DNA of 64,000 bases from Blastocladiella emersonii ATCC 22665 (taxonomy: Eukaryota > Fungi > Blastocladiomycota), in contig JANHCV010000010.1 in assembly GCA_025594325.1 (NCBI GenBank), positions 372,001-436,000 of the forward strand, read 5' to 3'. How positions within the stretch are numbered: the stretch's first letter is position 1; the number at the start of each line of letters is the position of its first letter. The notes under the pieces are model-generated. The model did no database searches. It saw only the letters and a list, made by a program, of their open reading frames with translations, and had not been told where the DNA came from. Shown piece after piece: positions 27,990 to 37,974 of the stretch. Position numbers and translations under genes: made by a program.

Positions 27990-28325
27990 GCTCGAAGGGC
28001 CGAAGTGACGGCGGCAGGTCGCATCGACGCCGAGAACCAATTTCGAGAGATCGAGTGTGTTGAGCGATGACGGTTGGATGCGGAAGATGCGGCCGGGGTC
28101 GACGCACCCGAGCTGCGGGTTTTGAAGGGTCGCCGTGACGTGGGAAGAGCTTGAGCTGGGCTTGACCGTTGATCGGCCTATCCTCTTCAACCCAGTTGAA
28201 GCCGAGCATTGAGAGCGACTTGATTTCGAGGGCTCGCAGCCGGAGAAATTTGATCATGAGAAGCACCAGGTCGCAGACTACAAACTGGACGTTGCTGATC
28301 TGCTGGTTGGAGGTCCGCCAGGGCA
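27990..28325 (-). pseudogene. LRR family-A internal fragment A2
   Basis: VCDL..IKSLSMLGFNWVEEDRPINGQAQLKLFP and, after a frameshift, LQNPQLGCVDPGRIF match the LGMNWIEEGMPIDG..GRVDPGRVF segment of A3 and A4. Confidence 0.8.
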
Positions 28326-28651
28326 CTAACAATCTCGTTCGCGCGCAATTATCATTTTCGGCAATCACCGACACTGGATCAGATTTATTACGCCCGCGCT
28401 CGTCCTATACCAGGACGATGCTCTCCCGCTTGATGAAATCACATGAGTTGAAGGGAGGCAACGTATCTAGTATCATAACCTGCACTGGTCAAACCTTCGT
28501 GGCCAACGACAACGGAACGCGGCCCGTCACGATCGTCGCCGTCCCGCACGGACTGCAACTCTCCACCTGTTGGTTTGCCTTTATATTTGCTTGATCCAAT
28601 GCTGCACAATTCTCGGCGACCCGCTGGCAGCAAGCAACCTTGCTTGTTGAG

Positions 28652-28672
28652 ACGCGTTCCGAAATCATGTGA
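28652..28672 (+). promoter_or_regulatory. Bipartite element ACGCGT-N6-ATCATGTGA upstream of the forkhead gene
   Basis: ACGCGT TCCGAA ATCATGTGA, ending 108 bp before ATG 28780. The same element occurs at 36231, 37846, 58606 and 60762. Confidence 0.7.
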
Positions 28673-28779
28673 GCTGCACGTGGGCTTGAGACGGTCGCAT
28701 TTCCGCCTGCCGCTCAGGGCGCAGTGACCGTTCGGCTCGAGTACTCAATGATCTCAGTGCACGTACACGACGTAAACAA

Positions 28780-30760
28780 ATGGAACTTGATGCATTAGAC
28801 TCGGATCACCTTTCTCTTGCTTATTCCGAGGCCCAGTTAGCGCAGGGAGGTGTTTGTGTTGAAGGTCCTGGTTCGCCGCTCTTGCCGGACTGCAACTCTC
28901 CCCCCGCTGGATTCGCTCGGTCTGAATCTCCGCCGGCCGGCTTTTCGCTGGATCCGACACCGTTGAACCTCTCGCGTGCTCCAACTTCGGATCAGACGGA
29001 CTCGGACCCTCTCCCAAACTTAGGTTGCAAACATGCGCAGACTTTCGAAAACTACGACGCGCGAGCCGCTTGCTATGCTCCAAACCCTGCTCCGCCGCTT
29101 CCGTCGTCTACCACGCGGGGCTTTTCGCCAGCAGTGCCTCCGCCGCACATGCTTACACCGCCGTCATCCGCTCTGCCCTATCACTCTGCTGCTTATTTGC
29201 CGCCTACACTTGCGCCGTACTCGTCGGGCGTTTGGCACGCGCCGATTGACGGGCTCCCCGCGTCGTACTCGACCTATGTGGCATCTCGCCTCTCAAGAGC
29301 GTACGCTGGCGCTTTCGCGCCGTTCACTCACACGCCAGCCTTCAACGGCTTCTCGATGTCGGCTCCAGTCGCACCACCGCAATCGCTGCAGCCGCCCTCG
29401 ACTCGGGCTACACTTTCGGATGTGCCTCCGCCGCAGCCCCAAGCGGCTCCTTAGGAGCCGACATCGCTGCCGTCCCTTGGATCACCAAGCGGAGCTGCGC
29501 AGGCCGGCCCTAAGGTTGTCGAGGCCAAGAAACGGCCCCGCGTGACGAAGAAGAAGCTTGAGTCGCGACAAGTTGTTCAGTCGGCTGTTGATCCCACAAC
29601 TGGGGAAACATACACCCGACCGCTCTTTACTTACAGTCAACTGATCTGCCTTGCAATCCATTCGACGCCCGATCGGAAGATGCTGTTGGCGGATATCTAC
29701 GCGTACATTATGGAACGCTTTCCGTTCTATCGCGTTATTGATCGAGTCCCTTGGCAGGTACGGGCAAGAGTTCCCTCCTTCCTCGCTCGTGGTGATGCCA
29801 GACTAATACCAACCTGTCTCTTTTGTCCATGTAGAATGCTGTCCGACACAATCTTTCAATTGGTTCTGGATTCTCGCGGGTCAAGCGCCCAGTGACCATG
29901 GAAAGGACGGGGAAAGGCGACTACTGGACCGCTTCCGAGGACTTTTCGAAGCGCGTCTTCCGCAATTGTCCCGATTACACTTCGCTCGAGACTTTGACTG
30001 CTTCACTTGCAGAGGCCACTGCGTCACCCACTGCCGCGTCGCCCACCGCCGCGCCGCTCACCGCCAAAGCTGCCATCGCCATGGCTCGGCAGCGTGGGCG
30101 CGCGCCGTACAACACAACCGAGCTCATTTGTGCCGCTCTCGCTTCCACGCCTGACCGCAAAATGACCGCTGCTCAAATTCGAATGTGGGCTCAGCGCGAG
30201 TACGAGTTCTATCGCCGCAAGGACAGCTCACGCTTGCAGGTATGTCCGCCCGCGGATTCTTGGCCGCTGGCGCATGCCTCCATGCTAACCGCGCGGCTCT
30301 TCGTGTGTAGGGTGCCATTAGCAACAAACTCAGCCATCACCATAGCTTCACTTGGGTTCAGCGCGACGCAACTGCCGATCGCGACAACAGGTCGCGCGGC
30401 TACCTCTGGACGGCGAGTGATACCTTTATTCGAGAGACGCTCGCCCGCAGAGTCTGGCAAGGCCCAGCCCCGCTGTCGACTGCGACTTCGAACCTGCCAG
30501 CCGCGACGCATGGCGGCGGCAGCGGCGATTCGAATGGTTCCCCTCCGGCGGACTCGGACACCGAATCCGGCTCCGAATCGGATACACTCGTCAAGCTTGT
30601 TGCACGCAAGCGGCGGCGGGTCGATGGCTTGTATTCCGACCAGTCTGGCGACGAAAGCGCGGGCGTGGAAGATCCTGTGGGCTGGGATGGCCGCGAATCG
30701 GCGGCACCGAGCCCCGCCTTGTCAAACTCGGCGGATTCTCCTGTTTCGTCGGATCGATAG
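28780..30760 (+). pseudogene. Tandem double-forkhead (winged-helix) transcription factor gene with one in-frame TAG (pseudogene, or stop removed by splicing or read-through)
   Basis: FH1: RPLFTYSQLICLAIHSTPDRKMLLADIYAYIMERFPFYR..WQ|intron 29758-29834|NAVRHNLS..GKGDYWT. FH2: RAPYNTTELICAALASTPDRKMTAAQI..LQ|intron 30240-30310|GAISNKLS..RGYLWT. Final stop 30758-30760; internal TAG 29452-29454 is in frame with both flanks. Confidence 0.8.
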
Positions 30761-31154
30761 CTGGTTTGAGCATAAATACGATCCTGTTATTGTTACGTTG
30801 GATGCACAGTGATTGAATTGAGAAGCGAGGCGCCGAGCCAGCGTCAATCGACGCGAAGAGTCCAGTTGGCGAGTAAGCACACGACGGACGCGTCGCGATA
30901 TCCCGTTTATGGCGCTCGCGAGGGCGCGCTCGCGTCGCTCGCTCTCTGTTCACAAGCAACTCTCGCAAATGATGGGTGGAACTAACTTAGCGTGGTGGTC
31001 AAAGCTGGATCCCTGGATGATTTTCGCGGTCGAATAGGGCGTTCGTTACCTTTTCCTTTTGCGCGCACGACTCTTTTGAATGTTGTTAACGTAAGCGTCG
31101 ACGCGTAATAATATAATAGGGGTCATGTCGCGTAGAAAACGCGTAATACTCGTC

Positions 31155-32436
31155 TCACAGCGCCAGGACGGCAGGCGTCGACGGATTCTCCTCGATCAGT
31201 TTGTCGCGATCCGCATGCGGCAGGCCCTCGAGATGAAGCTCGACCAGCGATGACGGGATGCAGCCAAGGACAACTCGAGCACCGATCGCTGTTGCAGCCA
31301 CGCTGGAGATATGTAACCGGACCAGGCGCGTGGATGGGAGGACGTGAGCGAGTTTGGCGAGACCTTCGTCACGGAGCGGATTGCCGCTCACGTGCAAGTG
31401 CTCGAGACGCGGAAGGTGGCGGCAGATTGTCTCCATGTCGGCAGAGCGGGTGAGGCAAGATCTCATGCTCAAGATCTTGAGCAAATGCGGGAGCGCCGGC
31501 GCAAGAATGGAGAGCTGCTCGGAATCAAGGGTGCACGCGTCGAGGCAGAGTGACCGCAGGGTTGTGGGAAAATGGGCAGCCAAGCGGCGAGCGGCGTCGA
31601 CGCTGAAGACCGTGTACGTAAGGCCGATTGATTCCAGTGCAGGCGGAAGAAGAGCGAAAATGCGACCGGGGTCGGCTCGCCCAAAATGAGGGCGTTGCAT
31701 TGTCAGGGTTTCAAGGTTGCGCGGAAACACTTCGAGCTGGTCCAAGCCGTTGATTGGCATATCTTCCTCGACCCAGTTGAGGCCTCGCCAGCGACTTGAT
31801 GGTTCGTGAGTCGTAGAGCTTGAGCAATTGGATTGTCGGGAAGATCAAGTTGCACGCGGTCAGGATGAGAGAGGCAATGCGCTGTCGCGGGTGCACTAGG
31901 GCTACTGCAAGCGCACCCGCACCAGTTGCCGTCACTCGATTCGCGGAGACATCCACAGCACTGATTGTACCGGTGGAGATTAAGTCAGTCAGTCGAAAAA
32001 TCAGCGTGTCGCCTTGGTCCCGCGAAGCCATCTCGGCAGCTGAGACAAAGCCCTGCCCAGCGCCAAGAAAATGAACCCGTGCCATAAGGTCCGTGGGGTC
32101 GCGGTCGGCCAAAAGTCCCGAGCGCCGCCACCAGTCAAAGACGTCGTAGTGCTTGACGCGGCTGTTCGAGATCGCGTCAAAGTCAAAGTCGAGCGGCTTG
32201 CCCGACCGCTGACACATCTGCAGCACATTGATGCGGCCCGTCAGGCTCGCCTCGTTCATTGAAATCGACGTGGTGTGGTCGAAGATAACGCGGCGGACCC
32301 GCGGCGAGTCCTTGGCGAGCATGACGCGCGCGTCGCTGAGCATGCGCTCGATGTCGTCAGGATCTTCAAGCCGCACGTCGTGCGCCAAAATCCGATCGAA
32401 AATGTCTGGGACAGCTAGTTGCGCCAAGTTATTCAT
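31155..32436 (-). pseudogene. LRR family-A copy A3, full length except one 2-nt deletion
   Basis: The ORF from ATG 32436 (MNNLAQLAVPDIFDRIL) shifts frame near 31785 (CTG GCG A GGC CTC AAC TGG, versus CTC ACG CTT GGC ATG AAC TGG in A4) into the 31155-31760 LRR ORF. Confidence 0.88.
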
Positions 32437-32722
32437 GGGTTGCATGAGAAGGGTTCGGTCGGTTCGCAGAGGTAGCGATGAAGGCGAGCGCCACTGGTCA
32501 CGATGAGCGCAAACGCGACCCTGAAACGCGACGCGCGCGCCGCCAGCAAACCGACCGTGTAACTTTCGCAACGCTCGCGAGCGCAGCTCTCGTTAAGCAC
32601 CTTAACGAGTGTGACTGGGCCCAAAGTCTGATGTCATGAGCGACATGGGCCGCGTGGCGCAACGCGTCTTGAGCAGGGTGCATCAATCAGAGTGTATTAC
32701 GGGCAAACCGACTGTTCTTTCA

Positions 32723-34009
32723 TCACAGACTCACTCCAAAGCGGACCACCAGCTTCAGCTGGCTCACCACTGCCCGATCAGCAAGCGGTAAATACTTGAG
32801 CTCGAGCTCGGTGAGCGACGGCGGAGCGCAGTCAAGGACAGCGCGAGCACCGATCTTGCTGGCACCAACGGCAGAAAGATACAAGCGAACCAGGACCGTG
32901 GCCGGGAGATACTCGGTAAGCTTGGCGAGGCCCATGTCGCCAAGCGGATTGCCAGACAGGACAAGGATTTCGAGTCGCGGCGGGAGGTGGCGGCAGAGCG
33001 TGTCCATTTCGCCAAGGCGAAGGTGGCAGGACATCAGATTCATAGTCCTGAGCGTGTGCGGGAGCCGCGGCGCGAGAATATCGAGTTTCCCGGCGCCAAG
33101 GTCAGTTTTAACGAGTTGAAGGGACCAAAGGGACGGCGGCAGGTGCGCCGCCAAGCGGCGAGTTGCAGCAACGCTCAACATTGTGCGCGGAAGCTCGAGC
33201 CAGGTGAGAGTGGGTGGAAGGAGTGCAAACACGCGGCCGGGGTCGACTCGCCCAAATTGCATGCCTTCGAGTGAGAGGCGCTGGAGGTTGTGCGGGAACA
33301 AATCGAGCTGATCCAGGCCATCGATCGGCATACCCTCCTCGATCCAGTTCATGCCAAGCGTGAGCGCTTTGATGGTCGGTGATATGTAGAGCTGAAGGGA
33401 CTGGAGCACCGGAAAGGTCAAGTCGCACGCGGCCAGCTGAAGGTAGGTGACCCGTTGGCCAGGGTGCGATAGGGCAGCTTTAAGCGCGTTTGCACCGATC
33501 GCGGTTACTCGATGCTTCGTGACGTTCACAACGGAGATTTTCCCGGCGCATATGTTATCGACCTGACCTAGAATGAGCGCATCGCCTTGGTCCCGCGACG
33601 CCCGTTCGGCGGCTGAGACAGGCCCTCGTCCAACACCAAGAAAATGGACCCGAATCATGGGCTCGGTAAGGTTACGATCGGCAACAAGTCCTGACCGTCG
33701 CCATCAGTTGACGACGCCGTAGTGCTTGACTGGGCTCGTCGCGATCGCATCCCAGTCAAACTCGAGCGACTTGCCTGACTTCGCCCACATCCGGAGCACA
33801 TGGACGTGACCCGCCAGGCTCGCTTCAGTCGTGGAAATCGACGTGACATGGTCAACGAGTGCGCGGTGGACCCGCGGCGAGTCCTTGGCGAGCCTGACGC
33901 GAGCGTAGCTGAGCATGCCCTCAATGTCGTCGGGATCCTCTAACCACACGGCGTGCGCCAGAATCCGATCGAAAATGTCCGGGAGAGATAGTTGCGCAAA
34001 GTTATTCAT
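32723..34009 (-). pseudogene. LRR family-A copy A4, full length except one nonsense codon
   Basis: ATG 34009 is in frame with the 32723-33658 LRR ORF. A single TGA at 33706-33704 stands where A1 and A3 have Trp (KHYGVVN*WRRSG versus KHYDVFDWWRRSG). Confidence 0.9.
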
Positions 34010-34181
34010 GGGTTGCATGAGCGGGCGGTTCGCTCGCTCGCAGAGGACGAAGATCATGAGGCGACGACGAGTTCAACGCGGGCCACCCCCGACGGAGCGC
34101 CTGACGGAGGCGTGCCGCCAGACTTGGCCCCCTGGCGGCTTCTCACCGCTCTCGCTCGCAATGCAAAGCTGATGCAAAACC

Positions 34182-36037
34182 ATGCTTGACAAACTTTATG
34201 TGCCGGCAATCATCGAGCGGATCTTGGTCCACGCCGTGAAGCTTCACGACAAGGACCGGGCCAAGCGCCACCTCACCCCGAACGAGAACGGCCGCGAGCG
34301 CGTGCGAACGCTCATGCAATACGCCCGCGTGATGCCGCGCGCTCTCATTCCCGGCATCGAGCGGGCGATCCTGCTCCACGCACCCTTGCTTTCGCTGGAC
34401 AGGGCGACCGAGGACGGCAAGGTCGCCGTGCTTGCTCAATGGGCCGCTCACGGCCTTCCCCTCAAGTGCTCTTCCGAAGCGCTCGAATCGGCCATCACGG
34501 GGCGCATGGTGGACGTCGTCGAGTGGTGGCGCAACATGGGCGGAATCGACGACGTGGTTCCGGAGCTCGAGGACTGGCTGCTTGAATCGTTCGGACATAG
34601 CGACTACTTCACCGCTGTTCGTGTCGCACTTGGCCTGGATATCATGTCTACGAGGGCCAGCCTGGAGGTATAGCCGAGTTTGTGGTACGTCGTTTCTGAC
34701 CGACACCCACACGTGTTCCGTATATCAAACTAACCCAAACCGGAACCGGGACGCATAAGGTCGCAAGCCGTGCAACGCTATTGATCACGCCGTTGACGAG
34801 CAATACGACGCCATTGCGAACGGCCTCACCGACAAGATTTCCATGACGCACGAGCCCATCTCGATCCACGGCCTCCAGCGTCTCAACGCCGCCATGGCCA
34901 GCCCGTCGCAGAAACTCAAGGAGCTTCGCCTTTGGGGCTGCACCATCGACATTCCGCGACTCACCACACTCCGCGTCCCCGAGTCGGTGGTCAAGGTGAC
35001 CGTCGGCGGCTTTTGGTTGGGCGGCATCGGCCTATCGTCTCTCAAAAAATGCAGCGGGATTCGTTGGCCCTCGCAACTCAAGTCGCTTTCGCTTGCGGAC
35101 GCGAACCTCAACGGATCCACCGCCACTGACTTGTTTTTTTCACCGACTTCCTCCTTCGCTGCACTCGCTGTCGCTTCACAACTGCGGTCTCAACGGCGTA
35201 ACCTTGATCCAAGTTGTCAAAGTGCTTCCACCGACCCTCGAGGCCTTCGACCTGCGCAAGAACCGAATCAACGCTGCCGCGCTTGCAAACGCTGGCGCTT
35301 TGCTTCCTCCGTCGCTCCAGGTTCTTGATCTGAGCAACAACGCGTATCTCTCGGATGGGCGGTCGAATGTGACTTGGACTTTCCCAGCATCGCTCGAGGA
35401 GCTCAACCTGCTTGGCACCAAGCTCGGCACCCTTGGTACGCAAGCCATCGCGACAGCCCTTCCTCGGTCGCTCAAAAAGCTCTTGATGTCGGAAAGCGAC
35501 CTCGACCCAGAGGAGGCCGCAACTATCTTCGCCTCTCTCCCGCCCTCGCTCACCAAGCTCTACATCACCAACTGCCCGATTTACGACAAGGCCGCCGCCG
35601 CGCTGGCCCGCGCGCTCCCCCAAAAGCTCGAGGAGTTTGTCTTCTACTGGTCCAAGCTCACGGCTCTGCAGACGGCTGGGTTTCTGCGCCGCTTGCCGCC
35701 CACGCTGCACACGCTCGACCTTGGCGGGGCCGTGCTTGGTACTTCGGGCACTCGCCTTCTCATTAAGAATATGCCGAAGCGCCTTCAGGTCCTGAAGCTG
35801 CGCTCCGCGGAATTCGACGACGCGTGCGCCGGTTTCCTTGCCCGCAGCCTCCCGCGCACGCTGACGTGGCTCGACCTCCCAATGAACAAGATCACGTCGG
35901 TCGGTGCCCTCTTGATCACGTCCAAGGCGCCGCTGAAGCTGACTCGGCTCTCGTTCTGCGAGAACGGGATCCCGCCGAGTGCTCAGCCAGCGATTCGTGC
36001 CGCCACCCCAGCTACCCTCACCGACCATACTTTCTGA
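34182..36037 (+). pseudogene. LRR family-B copy B1, one intron and a +1 frameshift in a T7 run
   Basis: Exon 34182-34667 (YVPAIIERILVHAV..VVEWWR), probable intron 34668-34767 (weak GTATAG donor, CTAAC branch, AAG acceptor), then LRRs. T7 at 35134-35140 breaks DLFF|HRLPPSL; T6 would give an intact gene. Confidence 0.8.
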
Positions 36038-36230
36038 TCGTTGTTTTGTATTTCATTTTTCCCTGGCTCCAATGGCTCGGAGTTCTTGTTGTTCCAATAT
36101 ATTATGATGATTCGCTTCCACCTAATCATGAATGAGTAATCCCTTACTGGTGCGAGGTCTCGTACAAAGTAGCCAGTGAAAGAGCAAGGTTCTGCATGGG
36201 CATCAGCCAAAACTACATGGAGGCAATTTT

Positions 36231-36251
36231 ACGCGTCGCGTTATCATGTGA
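36231..36251 (+). promoter_or_regulatory. Bipartite element upstream of LRR gene B2
   Basis: ACGCGT CGCGTT ATCATGTGA, ending 132 bp before ATG 36383. Confidence 0.75.
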
Positions 36252-36382
36252 CAGCCACATGATGCCGGGCCTGCTCCCTGCCGCGCGCCCGCGCCGCGAG
36301 CAGCAACTGCGGTGCAGGCTACGTCCTCTTGCTCCCGCTCAGGCACCATCGACGTAAACCTATGAAAAGCTGATGCAACGTC

Positions 36383-37594
36383 ATGTTCGGTCCAATCCAC
36401 GTACCCGAGGTGCTTGAGCGAATCCTCGTCGATGCCATTGCACTCTGCGACCCAGACGACGCGTCGGCTCTCGTCCAAATTGCGCGCGTGGTGCCGCGGT
36501 CGCTCGCTCCGCACGTCGAGCGCGCCCTCCTGCAGCATGCGTCGCATCTCTCGCTTGAAGCAGCCACTGCGCGTGGTAGAGTGGATATACTTGATCGCTG
36601 GGCTGCGCATGGCCTTCCGCTTCAGTGGTCCGTCGAGGCCTTGCAAGCGGCAGTCGACTCGCGACACCTCGCCTGTTTGGAATGGTGGCGCGACTCAAAT
36701 ACGCTTGACGAAGCGGATCCGGAGCTTGTGGACTGGCTGGAGGAGCACCCGTCAAACGACGAGGACGATTTTGACCCCGTTCGTGTAATTCTTGGTCTCG
36801 GTATTTAAGCTTACGAGCCTGAAGATGAAAATGGCACTGCTCCGCCTGCTCCGGTACGTGCGATCCGTTGGTAGTGTCGAATGAAGCATTTCTGACAAAC
36901 ACAAAACCATGGCTCGCCGGGACGTGATGCATGAAACGCACTCAAAGCAATCGCAGCAGGTCGCCTCTCCCACCTTCGATACCATGGAATGAACATTTCG
37001 CTCGCCAGTATTCGCTTGCTCAACGGAGCAATGGTGAGCCCAATGCAGGCGCTCCGCACCGTGGACCTGTATGGGTCGACAATCGATTTGGTTCGCCTGC
37101 GCGCAGTTCGGTTTCCAGACACGGTGACAACTATTTCGCTTGGGCAACTATGCCTTGGGGTCGCGGCCGAGGGTCACGCATTGGAACCTGTCAACTGGCC
37201 TGCTTCGCTCTCGACGCTGGCCATCATTCACGCCGAGCTCCCGGTGCGTACCGCAACTTGTCTCCTTGCTGAGCTTCCCGAGGGCTTGACTTCCTTGAAT
37301 CTGTCCTCGTGCGGAATCTCCGACAACAATGTGGTGCAGATCGCGTCGTGCTTCCCGCGCGGACTCAAGCGACTTGTCCTTCGGGACAATTTCCTGACTG
37401 GGCGCGGAATCAGCGAGCTAGACCTGACCACGAACGAGATCACCGATTCTGTCGCCCAGACTTTGGCTAAGAACCTCCCGCTAAAATTGACGCATCTAGA
37501 CTTGCTCGAGAATCGAGTGAACAAGGCGGGATACACGAAGATTCGCATTGCGGCGTTGCAGCGGCGCCAAATGCTCACAATTGATGAAGTGTAA
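36383..37594 (+). pseudogene. LRR family-B copy B2 with multiple lesions
   Basis: HVPEVLERILVDAI..LEWWR module; TAA at 36806-36808; GTACGT donor at 36854 with no obvious acceptor; TGA at 36932-36934; short LRR part with an apparent internal deletion near 37410. Confidence 0.82.
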
Positions 37595-37845
37595 GCCGAG
37601 TTTGTATTCTAATGAACGCTCCCGGGAACTCGTTTTGCTGTGATAAATTTCTCGCTGTCTTTTCTCCAGTATTTTGTCTCAGGAAGCGGGCACTGGCTCG
37701 AGTTTGGGCCGTGCACGCGGAAGGCACAAGCGCAACGCGCAGCAGAGCGTGAGCCTTTGAGGATTTGAAGAACATGGTCCATGAGGTGCGTGTCAATCGA
37801 GGTGCACTAAACTAAACGCTTACCGAAACGCGCGTAAAGTGGCTC

Positions 37846-37866
37846 ACGCGTCGCGATATCATGTGA
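37846..37866 (+). promoter_or_regulatory. Bipartite element upstream of LRR gene B3
   Basis: ACGCGT CGCGAT ATCATGTGA, ending 109 bp before ATG 37975. Confidence 0.75.
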
Positions 37867-37974
37867 ATTTCACGTGAGGATCAGCCCTGTCGGCCTGCGA
37901 GACGGCCGCGTGGCGCGGCGAGTTTGAGTTTGCTCCCTCGCTCTTTGTACCTCACCTCGCAGAACAAATTACTC

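Noticed and set aside
33704-33706. TGA at a conserved Trp as evidence of a variant genetic code
   Set aside because: TGA is the normal stop of CDC7, DDB1, ESP1, MDM34 and PKC1 in this window, and Trp is TGG elsewhere.
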